From an uncultured virus (IMG/VR IMGVR_UViG_3300031998_000073) (Duplodnaviria > Heunggongvirae > Uroviricota > Caudoviricetes): a stretch of 64,000 bases of DNA. The translations under genes were made by a program, and so were the position numbers. Every line of letters begins with the position of its first letter. The stretch's first letter is position 1. Positions 37,047-47,089 of this stretch are shown in pieces. The notes under the pieces are model-generated. The model saw only the letters and a program-made list of their open reading frames with translations. It was not told where the DNA came from and did no database searches. Where the stretch lies: the IMG/VR virus record IMGVR_UViG_3300031998_000073. One strand, 5' to 3'.

Positions 37047-37937
37047 TTAACCACTAACGGCAGGCATGTTGCGCTCTACGAGGGGCAGGACGCCGTGCTT
37101 TTTCAGTTTGTCATAGAGGAAGCGGCGCCCGGTCTGCGTCCAGACGGTCATCGGCTTGTAGGTGTCCTTGCCTCCGGCATGGTGGATGGGGATCATGCGG
37201 TTGGCCACATAGCCCTTGTTGAGATAGTCGGCATAGAGGATCCACTGCTCTCCCATCTTGCGCTGCACCCGCAGGCCCTTCAGGAGGTCGTTGAACGCCA
37301 CGGCACTCATGCCGTAGTCCTGGGCTATCTGAGAGACGATCACCGTGTCGCGCTGGCAGTCGATCACGTCGAGGTAGCGGGTGCGCTCCTGCAGCTGGGT
37401 GATCTCCTGCTCCTTCTGGCCGAGGTCGATCATCAGGCCGTACTTGTCTGCCTCCAGTTCCTCCTTCTCTGCACGCAGCCGCTCTTTCTCTTCCTCCGCT
37501 GCAAGTGCCAGCTGAAGGATCTGCAGGCGACTCATGTTCCGGGGATCAACGGGGACGCTGGAGTTATTGAAAGTTGAAGATTGAACATTGAAAGATGAAC
37601 TATCACCTTTTTGTGTTGAACGCAGATCGTTTTGCGCCAGACGCTCCTTCTCCAGCTGCTCCCAGCGGAGTACGAGCTTGGCACGGGCCTCGTCGTTAAA
37701 CTTGGTGGCGACAAAGAGGCATTCGGTCTTGGTGAGTTTATACATTGGTCTTTCTCGGTTGTTTGGATCAATGTAATAGCACAAGGAAAATTTTCCTTCT
37801 GCTACTTTTTCCCATGAAGGCTCCATCTTTCTTATGGCTTTCATTACATCGTAATGCTGCTTGCCTGTGATCTCTGCAATCTCCATTGAGGTGATTGTCT
37901 GCTGATCGGTGATTGTTGTAATATTATTGTTGTTCAT
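37047..37937 (-). CDS. phage antirepressor (Rha N-terminal plus KilAC/ANT C-terminal)
   Basis: ITSMEIAEITGKQH, ATKFNDEARAKLVLRW, QIAQDYGMSA and VWTQTGRRF motifs. Confidence 0.9.
   Translation of the reverse strand: MNNNNITTITDQQTITSMEIAEITGKQHYDVMKAIRKMEPSWEKVAEGKFSLCYYIDPNNRERPMYKLTKTECLFVATKFNDEARAKLVLRWEQLEKERLAQNDLRSTQKGDSSSFNVQSSTFNNSSVPVDPRNMSRLQILQLALAAEEEKERLRAEKEELEADKYGLMIDLGQKEQEITQLQERTRYLDVIDCQRDTVIVSQIAQDYGMSAVAFNDLLKGLRVQRKMGEQWILYADYLNKGYVANRMIPIHHAGGKDTYKPMTVWTQTGRRFLYDKLKKHGVLPLVERNMPAVSG
37567..37601. repeat. TTGAANN heptamer tandem repeat inside the antirepressor gene
   Basis: ttgaaag ttgaaga ttgaaca ttgaaag atgaact. Confidence 0.75.
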
Positions 37938-38044
37938 TGTCGGTCTGATTTTGGATTTCACTTATTACTCTTTTTAATATATTATGGTTCGCGCGCGCGA
38001 TACAATTCATGTACGTCTCTTTGGGAGAGTACAAGGGTACAATC

Positions 38045-38308
38045 TTAGCCATCCTGACCTCCTTTCTTCCAGTAGAGTTCCATGTCAAGGGCAGAACTGA
38101 TAAACTCTGAAAGCTGGATAAGCTGAAAGATCTCATCATTCCATATGTCATCACCCATAGAAGCCAATCCTTTGGCTGCCGACGTAAGGGCATGTCGGTA
38201 GGTCATAAACGTGTGTAGCCCTGTCGCATCGTCAAATACAAGTGCATAGTGCTGCTGAGGCTCACTTTCACCATTCAGTTGCAACTGTGTGCGGATGATC
38301 CTGCTCAT
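38045..38308 (-). CDS. hypothetical protein
   Basis: Overlapping start/stop chain in the antirepressor operon. Confidence 0.65.
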   Translation of the reverse strand: MSRIIRTQLQLNGESEPQQHYALVFDDATGLHTFMTYRHALTSAAKGLASMGDDIWNDEIFQLIQLSEFISSALDMELYWKKGGQDG

Positions 38309-38514
38309 AGTGTGCCTCCTTTCTTCTCTTCGGGTTCCGGCTGCTTGTAAGCCAACTCTGCCAGGTTGCACCAGTAGGAGGCAAACTTGCGCTTGTCTTT
38401 CTTGGTGCCAGACTTGGCAAGCTCGTTGAACGTGCGACGGAAATCCTCGCGCGTTTGCCTGAGAAGGCCGACAATGAACTGGCGGTCTTCTTCGTTAGCC
38501 TTTACCTTCTTCAT
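38305..38514 (-). CDS. hypothetical protein
   Basis: ATGA overlap chain. Confidence 0.65.
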   Translation of the reverse strand: MKKVKANEEDRQFIVGLLRQTREDFRRTFNELAKSGTKKDKRKFASYWCNLAELAYKQPEPEEKKGGTL

Positions 38515-38786
38515 GATGCCACCTCCTTTCTTGCGTCCATTTGGCAGCAAGCGGGCAAAGCCCGAGCGCCGGGCTTGGTGAAGTCGATTCGGGCGCGACG
38601 GATCGCATCCTCCACGGGCATGCACTTCGGATAAGTGGCAATAAGCCGCCAAAGAGCCTCGCGGGTCTTCATGTAAGTTGATAACTTGGCAACAGGTGCG
38701 CTGCCGATTTGATTGCTCTTTTCACTCATCTCTACCTGAGAGAACAGTGATGGCTGAGCGCTGCCGTTTTGTTTCGTTGTATTCAT
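38511..38786 (-). CDS. hypothetical protein, first gene of the antirepressor operon
   Basis: ATG at 38786 behind a structured leader. Confidence 0.6.
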   Translation of the reverse strand: MNTTKQNGSAQPSLFSQVEMSEKSNQIGSAPVAKLSTYMKTREALWRLIATYPKCMPVEDAIRRARIDFTKPGARALPACCQMDARKEVAS

Positions 38787-39050
38787 TTTGGACAAAATGA
38801 AAAACCGCGCATCAGTGTTGTCCAAGGCTGAACCAACGCGGCAAGGCCTTTGAGGGTATTGCGCTACTACCTCACACTACTGCACGGAATGTTATACAAT
38901 ATAAATATTGTTACTACATTCATTATGATAAAGAACTTAAACGAAAAAAGCCACGCATCACGCGCAGCACATCCGAATTCTTCATCAGTGCGTTGGTTTC
39001 AATAAATTTTGGACGCTGCAAAGATACGACAAATTTCTGAAACTCACAAG
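38787..39050 (-). promoter_or_regulatory. promoter plus ~230-nt riboregulatory leader (C4-like)
   Basis: CTTG-N20-TATCTTTG (39019-39050); repeated and complementary GTCCAA/TTGGAC, AACCAACGC/GCGTTGGTT and CACTGATG boxes. Confidence 0.6.
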
Positions 39051-39196
39051 TTTTTAGCGATATTTTTATCTGTTTTAATCGGAATTTATTCGGAAATTGT
39101 TCATATTTGTCAAAAATCGGGAAAAATTTAACTTGTAAATAAAGAAAAGCAGTCAAAAAACTTGGAGGCAAAGGGGATTTTTCCTATCTTTGCAGC

Positions 39197-39303
39197 GCAA
39201 ATTGGTACGAGTGATTACACTCTCCTTTCGGCGACCGGTCATCGCCACCGTCCTCTTCCGTAAGGAAAAAGACAAGCCCGGGGTCCTGTAGCCCCGGGTT
39301 TTT
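39197..39303 (+). ncRNA. candidate small RNA or leader with an anti-Shine-Dalgarno segment
   Basis: TATCTTTG at 39185; ACACTCTCCTTTC at 39217; terminator CCCGGGG/CCCCGGG plus T5. Confidence 0.5.
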
Positions 39304-39379
39304 AGTTGCGCTCCGACCAAGCGCAACGCTCCTGCCAGTGGGAAACACTGGCTTGCAGATGCGGAAAGGAGGTGTTTTT

Positions 39380-39499
39380 ATGAGTACCAGTTTGCCAGAA
39401 ACCGGCATGAAGCGCATCTTCTGCCGCTATATTCGTCGAAACGGGAAGATATACTTTCCCAAGAAAGCGAAATGCTTCACTTTCTTAGTGAAGAGGTAG
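39380..39499 (+). CDS. 39-aa basic peptide
   Basis: MSTSLPETGMKRIFCRYIRRNGKIYFPKKAKCFTFLVKR; strong SD AAAGGAGGTG; downstream hairpin plus T-run. Confidence 0.65.
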   Translation: MSTSLPETGMKRIFCRYIRRNGKIYFPKKAKCFTFLVKR

Positions 39500-39548
39500 A
39501 AATAAGCGGACATCGCTGATTTCGGGAGGCTTGCAGGAGCCTCCTCTT

Positions 39549-40484
39549 TTATTTCCCGTGAAAGCCGCTTATCATGGCCGATATTACCTGACACCTGAAA
39601 ACATTGGACGGATGATCGTCATACTTACCTGTAGGTGCGTCGCCGTATATTTCAACGAATTTCCTAAGCAAAGACAGCATATGCTCACCGCCATATCCCA
39701 TATACTCCATAAAGCGGTACGCTATGATATCAGCCTCAGACTCTTCATCCCTGCTATAACGATAGCTGTATCTGACTGTTGCGTGATCGGCGTCGGCGTA
39801 TGCTACACCAAGCAGGATGTCTGAATGTGCAATGAGATTATTCAAATGTGAAACATCCACTCCGTTTGAACCGGCGTACATGGACGAACCGGCCATCATG
39901 CCTACCGTAAGGGCTGTCCCGAAATTGGCCCAAGCCCTGTTCGCCTTGTGCTTCTTGGCAACTTTCCATACACTTGTTATCACATGTGCACAGGCGTAAT
40001 GAGCCATCTCATGCGCACAGACAGCAAGCAGCTCTTCATATGTCAGGTTGGTAAAACAGCCTTTGTTTACTCTCATCTGTCCAGTGTAGTCCATATTGGC
40101 GTTGACAGACTCATCCATAATAACCTTGACAGGCTTCTTGTATGTGAGTTCACCAATGCCGAGATCATATACCAGACGTTCAACGATGTCATTGTATTCG
40201 GTTGTTATATATTCATAGGTCTGTGTTTGGTTGTCATACGCCACCAAAGCGTTATAAGCCGCATTAAGCGTCTTGTCGTTCTTCTTAACGGCATTATTGT
40301 ATTTCGTTACATTCTTGTCGTTAGCAATGATTGTGTTCCAAAAATCCGTAGGAATCCTGAATGATGATGCTTTCCTGAGATATGGAGCGTCGAATTTGTT
40401 TATAACCCTCTTTACGTCAGACGGCTGAGCCATACAGGCAAATGACAATGTGCATACAGCAAATAATAGTAGTAATTTCTTCAT
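39549..40484 (-). CDS. exported M48-family metallopeptidase
   Basis: Signal peptide; AHEMAH, YSRDEESEAD and HP motifs; own promoter element TAACTTTG at 40512-40519. Confidence 0.85.
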   Translation of the reverse strand: MKKLLLLFAVCTLSFACMAQPSDVKRVINKFDAPYLRKASSFRIPTDFWNTIIANDKNVTKYNNAVKKNDKTLNAAYNALVAYDNQTQTYEYITTEYNDIVERLVYDLGIGELTYKKPVKVIMDESVNANMDYTGQMRVNKGCFTNLTYEELLAVCAHEMAHYACAHVITSVWKVAKKHKANRAWANFGTALTVGMMAGSSMYAGSNGVDVSHLNNLIAHSDILLGVAYADADHATVRYSYRYSRDEESEADIIAYRFMEYMGYGGEHMLSLLRKFVEIYGDAPTGKYDDHPSNVFRCQVISAMISGFHGK

Positions 40485-40624
40485 AAGAATGTTATTTTGC
40501 AGTTACGCCTGCAAAGTTAGCTAATTCTTTTCAAATTAGCAAGAATTATCGTGTTTTTCTTTCGCGCGCGTATATATAATAATGTCAAGGCTCACCGATG
40601 CCGTCGATGATGGTTTCCTATCGG

Positions 40625-40660
40625 GCGGTTCCTGTCGTGAGGCAGGGGCCGCTTTTTGTT
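40625..40660 (+). terminator. intrinsic terminator
   Basis: GCGGTTCCTGTC-GTGA-GGCAGGGGCCGC followed by TTTTTG. Confidence 0.65.
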
Positions 40661-40675
40661 TGCCTTACTTTTATT

Positions 40676-40715
40676 GATTATTAACAATTTCGTATCTTTT
40701 TATTCATTACCTTTG
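40676..40715 (+). promoter_or_regulatory. promoter for the tail/terminase operon
   Basis: GATTATTAACAA-N20-TACCTTTG. Confidence 0.7.
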
Positions 40716-40737
40716 CCGCCAACAAACATTATCACCA

Positions 40738-43566
40738 ATGAAAGAGGAGAAGAGAATCACCTACCAGGCCGGGATCACGCTGACACCGAGCGACTTCCTC
40801 TGCAAGGATGGGGATCTGGCTGAGTGCATCAACCTGACCACCGACCATGAGGAACTGAAGACGATGGTGCAGCCCAGGGAGAAGCAGACGATCAACAGCG
40901 ACTACACGCTGGTATATATCCACAGCTTCAACGGCACGACGCGCTACATCGTGTGGAAAACCGCAGAGACAGCCAGAAAACCCCTGTACTGGACGCTCAA
41001 CCCAAGCAGTGATGTGGCTGCCGACTTTACTTACATGATGATCGTCGACGTGAATACGCTCCAGATCCAGTCTATAGGAAACACGCTGATCGTATCTTCG
41101 GGAGGTAACGCAAGCATGGGATTCTTCCTCTGGAAGGACGCCACCTACAAGGACCTTGGCAGCCAGGTTCCTGACATCAGGGTGAAGTTCAGCCTCGGCG
41201 ACTTCGGCTACCTTCAGGGCGATGACGCCAACCCAGACAAGTACGGACGTGTGCCAGGCATGCACGGTGAAATATTGCTTGAAATAACAGAAACCGATCC
41301 TTTTCCTGTCACAGATGAATATGCCGGCAATGTATGGGGTAGCGAAGAAGCGGAAGGTGACATGAAATGGGACAGTGGCTACGAAACCGGAAAGGAGGCC
41401 CTTGCCGGCATTGTGTCTGCACAGCTGGACTGGGTGAAGGAAAAGAAGCGCTTTGCCTTCCCGTTCTGGGCGAGATCCGCCGTGAGGCTCTACGACGGCA
41501 GGCACGTCAACATATCGAATCCTTTCCTTCTCCTGCCGACGGTTATGAATAACTGGCATATCTTTGCATATGACCGCGAGACGGACGGCCCGAAGGTTAT
41601 AGACGGTGACGCAGGCGGTTATCCAGTAACCGCATACCGTCCATACTGTGCAAGGCTGTATTATAAAACGGACTACGGGGCGCAGGATCTCACGGACTGG
41701 GAGGACATCATCAGCGGTGTGGACATCTTTGTGTCCGAGGAGGTGAAGAGCTTCGATGTGAACGGTGGTTGGACCATTATCAACAACTGTGTCAGGTCTA
41801 ACAACACCGCGCTGCTTGGAACGGTGGACGCATGTATGCCGCAATATGACGTACTGGCCAGTATGCCTGCATTCGATGGCAGAAACTCGCTGACCTGGCA
41901 GACTTTCTACAAGCCGTCTCTATTAAGTGAGGGCGAGATGACGCACAGGCTGCTGGAAAAGTCGATATTCTATAAGATCATCGAGCTGGACTTCGACGAG
42001 ATCGAGAGCTGTTCTTATGCTTTCCAGGACGCCACGGACAAGATAGACCGTGGCGTGCTGAAGAACCTGGTCAACAACCAGACGCTGCAAAACGACGACT
42101 TCTTCTCCCGCTCCTACATGAGGCCGCAGGTGATCAAGGCCTACAACAACCGCCTGCACCTGGCTGACGTCAGAAGGAGCTTCTTCTGGGGCTTTGACAG
42201 ATTCTCATATACGGCGCATTCAGACGCCCAGATCAGCAGGATATACGTGTACATCAGGTCGGATGACGGTACAAAGATCGTAAAGGAAGACCAAGGTGCA
42301 AAGTATGAGATCGGCGACGTCTGGTTCTACTATCCGGACCCGAGGGCATTCAAAGCAGAGATATGGGTGGGAAACAACAAGATATACTCGCTGTCGCTGA
42401 AGGAGCATCCGCGGCTTAACGGCGCCTATTACTTCGGCCACCTGCCAGACTCCGTCGACGCATGGCCAAGCGGCATCTATTACCAGGACACCCCGACCGT
42501 CTCGGACGATAATACGGAGCTGCTGGAGGGTGAGATCTTCGTGTCGGAGGTAGACAACCCGTGGGTATATACGGCACTCGGCCATGTGACCGTCGGAAGA
42601 GGAAAGATACTCGGCATGGCGTCGCAGACGGTGGCCCTCGGACAGGAGGAACACGGCATCCATCCGCTGGCCGTCTTCTCAGAAAGGGGTATCTCCACGC
42701 TCCGTCTCGACAAGGAAGGAGTGTACCAGCGGTCTGACGACCTGCCGCGAGAGGTGTGTACAAACAAAGACTCCATCACGGAGACAGACGGGGCCATCTT
42801 CTTTGTGTCGAAGAAAGGCCTGATGGTGCTGGTTGGTGAGAAGGCGACGTGCGTGACGCCTCAGATGGACGGCGCGACCTTCAACAACAATATCCTTCCA
42901 GGGATCATGCCTGCGGACTTCAACGACCAGAGCAACCCGGCCAAGGACTGGGCAGGCATCATCACCAGCTGCCGCGGAACGAACTTCCAGACCTATATCC
43001 AGGCATCAGAGTTGAAGGTGGCCTACGACTACGTGGACTCACGCCTGCTGCTGATCAATCCGTTATACAGTTTCATCTACGTGTACAACATTTCAGACGG
43101 AACCGTGTCGAAGATGGTGCTTGACATGCAGGTAGAGAGCGTCGTGAACTGCTACCCTGACTACCTGATACAGTTCAGGATCAAGGTGCCGAACTCCAAC
43201 CCCGTACATGCCATCTTCACCCTCTACGGGAAGGACCGTGAGCAGAGCGTGACGGCCAGGCAGACGGCCTTTATGCTGACGCGCCCGATGAAGCTGGCAG
43301 GGCCGCTGACGGTGGCAAGCCTGCGGGAACTGGTGAACGTCGGCATGTGGGAGCGCCAGGACGCCCAGGGCAACGCCCTGAGCTGCGTGAAGACGGACGT
43401 CTGGGTGAGTGACGACCTGTATAAGTGGTACGCCCTGTCGTCGCGCTTCGGGGCAGCCGCCAGGTATTTCCGCATCGGACTCTACATCAAGATGCTGCCG
43501 TCGGAGCGTCTGAGCGGCACGGTCATTGCGGAGCAGGAGCGTCGTGACAACAACAGAAGGGCATGA
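40738..43566 (+). CDS. putative tail nozzle / stabilisation protein (P22 gp10 / T7 gp12-like)
   Basis: 942-aa beta-rich protein; DG.LAECINL start, YNNRLHLA, C-terminal LTRPMKL. Confidence 0.6.
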   Translation: MKEEKRITYQAGITLTPSDFLCKDGDLAECINLTTDHEELKTMVQPREKQTINSDYTLVYIHSFNGTTRYIVWKTAETARKPLYWTLNPSSDVAADFTYMMIVDVNTLQIQSIGNTLIVSSGGNASMGFFLWKDATYKDLGSQVPDIRVKFSLGDFGYLQGDDANPDKYGRVPGMHGEILLEITETDPFPVTDEYAGNVWGSEEAEGDMKWDSGYETGKEALAGIVSAQLDWVKEKKRFAFPFWARSAVRLYDGRHVNISNPFLLLPTVMNNWHIFAYDRETDGPKVIDGDAGGYPVTAYRPYCARLYYKTDYGAQDLTDWEDIISGVDIFVSEEVKSFDVNGGWTIINNCVRSNNTALLGTVDACMPQYDVLASMPAFDGRNSLTWQTFYKPSLLSEGEMTHRLLEKSIFYKIIELDFDEIESCSYAFQDATDKIDRGVLKNLVNNQTLQNDDFFSRSYMRPQVIKAYNNRLHLADVRRSFFWGFDRFSYTAHSDAQISRIYVYIRSDDGTKIVKEDQGAKYEIGDVWFYYPDPRAFKAEIWVGNNKIYSLSLKEHPRLNGAYYFGHLPDSVDAWPSGIYYQDTPTVSDDNTELLEGEIFVSEVDNPWVYTALGHVTVGRGKILGMASQTVALGQEEHGIHPLAVFSERGISTLRLDKEGVYQRSDDLPREVCTNKDSITETDGAIFFVSKKGLMVLVGEKATCVTPQMDGATFNNNILPGIMPADFNDQSNPAKDWAGIITSCRGTNFQTYIQASELKVAYDYVDSRLLLINPLYSFIYVYNISDGTVSKMVLDMQVESVVNCYPDYLIQFRIKVPNSNPVHAIFTLYGKDREQSVTARQTAFMLTRPMKLAGPLTVASLRELVNVGMWERQDAQGNALSCVKTDVWVSDDLYKWYALSSRFGAAARYFRIGLYIKMLPSERLSGTVIAEQERRDNNRRA

Positions 43567-43587
43567 ATCTAACCAAAGGAGGTATAT

Positions 43588-44058
43588 ATGAAATGTAAGA
43601 CAAACCACAAGGAGGAGATGAAGAATGACCTCATGCGGGTGTACCGCGAGGTCGTGGGACAGTACAGCTGCAGGGACCAGACGGAGGCCTACGAGCTGAC
43701 GGTCAGGCACCAGGCGCCGCGCTTCTACGTTGACGCCCGGTGGGCGCTGCAGGTGATCTCGCCGATGACGCGCGGCGACTTCAGCGTACTGGAAAAGATG
43801 GACGCGCTGAGGCGGCAGATGTACTACGACCTGCTCGACACGGTGCTGAGGCTGAAGCAGAAGGAGAAGTTCTGGTCCAGTTCGCTCTATGAGCTGGTCA
43901 GGCATGCCATCCTGGAGCCTGCGCCGAGGTTCTATATCGAGACTGACCGCATGGGCCAGATATGGCGTGAGAAGACGGTGAAGCGCATGAAGGTTGACAC
44001 GATACGCAGGGCCGTGTCAAGGAGGACGTCAAACATGGTGGAGTATGAGACTGCGTAG
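43588..44058 (+). CDS. hypothetical protein with duplicated APRFY motif
   Basis: QAPRFYV and PAPRFYI. Confidence 0.75.
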   Translation: MKCKTNHKEEMKNDLMRVYREVVGQYSCRDQTEAYELTVRHQAPRFYVDARWALQVISPMTRGDFSVLEKMDALRRQMYYDLLDTVLRLKQKEKFWSSSLYELVRHAILEPAPRFYIETDRMGQIWREKTVKRMKVDTIRRAVSRRTSNMVEYETA

Positions 44059-44566
44059 GCTGACGATAGAGAAGGCCGTGCTGACGGCTGTGATGGCGGC
44101 CTGGTATGTGGCAGGGCCGCAGACGGGCTATGGGATTGGCGACATGTCGCCGTTGCACCATGCGCTGTCGATGGTCAGCCATGCCAACGTGTGGCACCTG
44201 GCCGGGAACCTGTTCGTGCTGTGGATCATGCGCAACCGCCTGTACCTGGCAGCATCCGTGTGTATCGCGTTCGTGATGTCCTTCCTGCCCGTGGCCGGGC
44301 CTGTATGGCCGATTGACGGCGTGACGACGGGATTCAGCGGCGTGATCTTTGCGATATGGGGCGTGAAGTGGGGCGTGCACTGCCAGAGCTTCTGGCCTGC
44401 CGGCAGGGAGATCATGCGCGAAAAGCTGTGGGAGTTCTGCTGCAAGGCGCTGCCGTTCGCCCTTGTCGGCATCGTGATACCGAACGTGAACTGGTGCCTG
44501 CACCTGTACTGTCTGTTGGGAGGCTTCATGTATGGCAGATGGCGGTGGGAGCATTTCCTCAAATAG
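44045..44566 (+). CDS. rhomboid-family intramembrane serine protease
   Basis: SHANVWHLAGN, GFSG catalytic Ser motif, C-terminal H in LHLYCLLGG, multiple TM segments. Confidence 0.8.
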   Translation: MRLRRLTIEKAVLTAVMAAWYVAGPQTGYGIGDMSPLHHALSMVSHANVWHLAGNLFVLWIMRNRLYLAASVCIAFVMSFLPVAGPVWPIDGVTTGFSGVIFAIWGVKWGVHCQSFWPAGREIMREKLWEFCCKALPFALVGIVIPNVNWCLHLYCLLGGFMYGRWRWEHFLK

Positions 44567-44570
44567 GCCC

Positions 44571-46763
44571 ATGACCGCTGACGGGGAAGTCCGGAAGGTC
44601 TGCGAAGGGATCGTCAGGGAGAACATCAGGCGTAACCGTGAGATCTTCGAGGGCTTCAACCCGGTGACGGGACGCGGGGCGCCGGGGCCGAGGGTCAGGG
44701 TGAAGATACCGGACTCGCCCATCAAGGTGCAGTACATGCCGGAGCGGTGTGTAAGGCACAATATCCTTATCAAGAAACTTGTCAGACGCGGCTCCATCCG
44801 CAGGTACATCACCGACGAGATGGGCTGGGAATACACCGAGGAGCGCCACCAGGACGTGGTGTATGCGATGTTCCTTGCGCGGAGCGAGGAGGATCCGGCC
44901 TTCTACTTTGCGCTGATCTACAAGATCGTCGATAAGGAGGAGGGAACGGTGATCCCCTATATCCTGAACTACGGCCAGCGGATGCTGCTGGAGAAGCAGG
45001 AGGAGATGCGCATGGCGTGCAAGCCCATCCGCATTGTCATGCCCAAGGCCAGGCAGTTCGGAGGATCCACCGAGACGCAGCTCTACGGCAAGTGGATGCA
45101 GGACTGCCGACATCACAGGTGGAACATGGCCATTATGGCCCACCAGACGGCAGCGTCCATCCGTATCCGTGCGATGTACGACCTCGCGCTGGAGAACCAG
45201 CCGGGCTGGAGTGTGGGCTATAAGGGTAAGCGGTTGAAATCGGCACCGTTCAAGGGCAGTACCGCCGACTTCGTGGTGAAGACGAACACGGGCGAGGTTG
45301 TCAGGGAGAGCATTACCACGGTGGCCAGCTATGAGAACTACGATGCCAGCCGAAGCGCAAACCTGAAGATGGCGCACCTCTCGGAGGTGGCCTACTGGAA
45401 GGAGACGGAGCAGAAGAAGCCGGAGGGCGTGCTTTCATCCCTCAACGGTACCATCGGCAACCGTCCGGACACGATGATCGTGATGGAGTCGTCGGGGCGC
45501 GTCGTGGGCGACTTCTTCTACAACATGTACCAGGAGGCGAAGGATCCCGACATTCCCAGCGCATGGGAGGCGTTGTATGTGCCTTTCTTCAAGATCGAGC
45601 TGTACCGGCAGGAGTTCAACCAGAACTACCAGGGCATCTTCAGGAACAAGACGCCGTGGCGCGAGGTCGAGGAGGATCCCGCGTATGCGGAGAAGGCGAC
45701 AGAGTTTGCGATGTGGCTCTATTTGAATAAGGATAACCCGAACTGGGTGGAGGGCTACCGCCAGAGCGGCAAGTATTTCTGGCAGCTGTGGCAGAAGGGC
45801 GCCTCGCTGGAGGCCATCAGCTGGTGCCGCGACAAGATCAACGAGTTCCGTTCCTATTCCTACTTCGCCACCGAGTTCCCCAGCGACGACGTGGAGTGCT
45901 TCATGGCAGCGGGTAACCTGGTGTTCAACAAGTACAGCGTCGATGCCATGCAGCTGAAGATGAAGAAGGCGCCTATCTTCGTCGGCAACATCATCGGCGA
46001 CGACGACAAGGGTACCAGGGCCATCAGGACGGCACACCTCATTGACCGCCTCGACGACGGCCAGGTGCTGAGGATATGGCAGATGCCGGACTGCCTGAAG
46101 GTGGAGAACCGCTACGTGGTGAGCGTGGATATCGGCGGACGCTCGAAGACGTCGGACTTCACGGTGATGACGGTGACAGACCGCTTCGGCATGATGCGCG
46201 GCATGGGGGGCAGGCCGAGGGTGGTGGCACGGTGGCGGGGACACATACGCCACGACATGCTGGCATGGAAGGCCGCACAGCTGGCGCATTTCTACCAGGA
46301 CGCGATGCTGGTGATAGAGAAGAACACCGCCGACACGCGGAAGGCCAGGCTGGATGAGGAGGGCGACCACTCGGGAACCATCATCGACGAGATCGCCGAC
46401 TACTATCCCAACCTGTATATAGGAAGGACGGAGGTTGACAAGGTGACGCAGGAGGTGACCAACGTCTATGGATTCCACACAAACACGCTGAGCAAGGAGC
46501 AGGTCATCGACAACTATATATCGTATATAGAGGACGAGCTGTATGAGGAGCCTGACGAGCAGGCATACAAGGAGCTGCTGATCTACGAGCGGAAGGAGGA
46601 CGGCACTATGGGCAACGTGGACGGGAAGAACAACCACGACGATATCGTGATGTCAACGGGCATCGGCCTGTGGGTGAGCCAGCGGATGCCGCTGCCGACA
46701 TGGAAGGTGGAGGAGAAGGGATCCGGTGAGGCCAGGGGATCAGGTACGGTAGCGGACTTTTAG
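44571..46763 (+). CDS. terL: terminase large subunit
   Basis: KARQFGGST Walker A, AHLSEVAYW Walker B, MESS, SVDIGG and HDD nuclease motifs. Confidence 0.9.
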   Translation: MTADGEVRKVCEGIVRENIRRNREIFEGFNPVTGRGAPGPRVRVKIPDSPIKVQYMPERCVRHNILIKKLVRRGSIRRYITDEMGWEYTEERHQDVVYAMFLARSEEDPAFYFALIYKIVDKEEGTVIPYILNYGQRMLLEKQEEMRMACKPIRIVMPKARQFGGSTETQLYGKWMQDCRHHRWNMAIMAHQTAASIRIRAMYDLALENQPGWSVGYKGKRLKSAPFKGSTADFVVKTNTGEVVRESITTVASYENYDASRSANLKMAHLSEVAYWKETEQKKPEGVLSSLNGTIGNRPDTMIVMESSGRVVGDFFYNMYQEAKDPDIPSAWEALYVPFFKIELYRQEFNQNYQGIFRNKTPWREVEEDPAYAEKATEFAMWLYLNKDNPNWVEGYRQSGKYFWQLWQKGASLEAISWCRDKINEFRSYSYFATEFPSDDVECFMAAGNLVFNKYSVDAMQLKMKKAPIFVGNIIGDDDKGTRAIRTAHLIDRLDDGQVLRIWQMPDCLKVENRYVVSVDIGGRSKTSDFTVMTVTDRFGMMRGMGGRPRVVARWRGHIRHDMLAWKAAQLAHFYQDAMLVIEKNTADTRKARLDEEGDHSGTIIDEIADYYPNLYIGRTEVDKVTQEVTNVYGFHTNTLSKEQVIDNYISYIEDELYEEPDEQAYKELLIYERKEDGTMGNVDGKNNHDDIVMSTGIGLWVSQRMPLPTWKVEEKGSGEARGSGTVADF

Positions 46764-46767
46764 TAGA

Positions 46768-46795
46768 TTGAAAATTGAAGATTGAAGATTGAAAT
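46768..46795. repeat. TTGAA(A/G)A heptamer tandem repeat
   Basis: Four copies filling the convergent junction. Confidence 0.8.
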
Positions 46796-47085
46796 CACTT
46801 CTCGTCATCCCACTTGGTACAGATGCCAAGCAGGGTCTCGAAGTCTGAGGCCTCGATGGTGGCGTCGATCTCCACGGGCTTCGGGACGATCAGCTTTGTC
46901 AGCTCATTGCGGACAGTGATGAAGAACTTGCGGTCTTCGGCATTGTTCGGGGAGTTCTTAGCATAGTACATGAAGGCATCGCGGTACTCTTCCTGGGAGT
47001 CGCCGAGCAGGCCCTTGATGAAATCCTTTTCATCCTTGCCCACCTTGTTCTGTGCGCCCTTCGGACGGCCTGCCTTCCTTGCCAT
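46795..47085 (-). CDS. possible terminase small subunit
   Basis: N-terminal GRPKGAQNK motif and small helical size. Confidence 0.5.
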   Translation of the reverse strand: MARKAGRPKGAQNKVGKDEKDFIKGLLGDSQEEYRDAFMYYAKNSPNNAEDRKFFITVRNELTKLIVPKPVEIDATIEASDFETLLGICTKWDDEK

Positions 47086-47089
47086 AATG

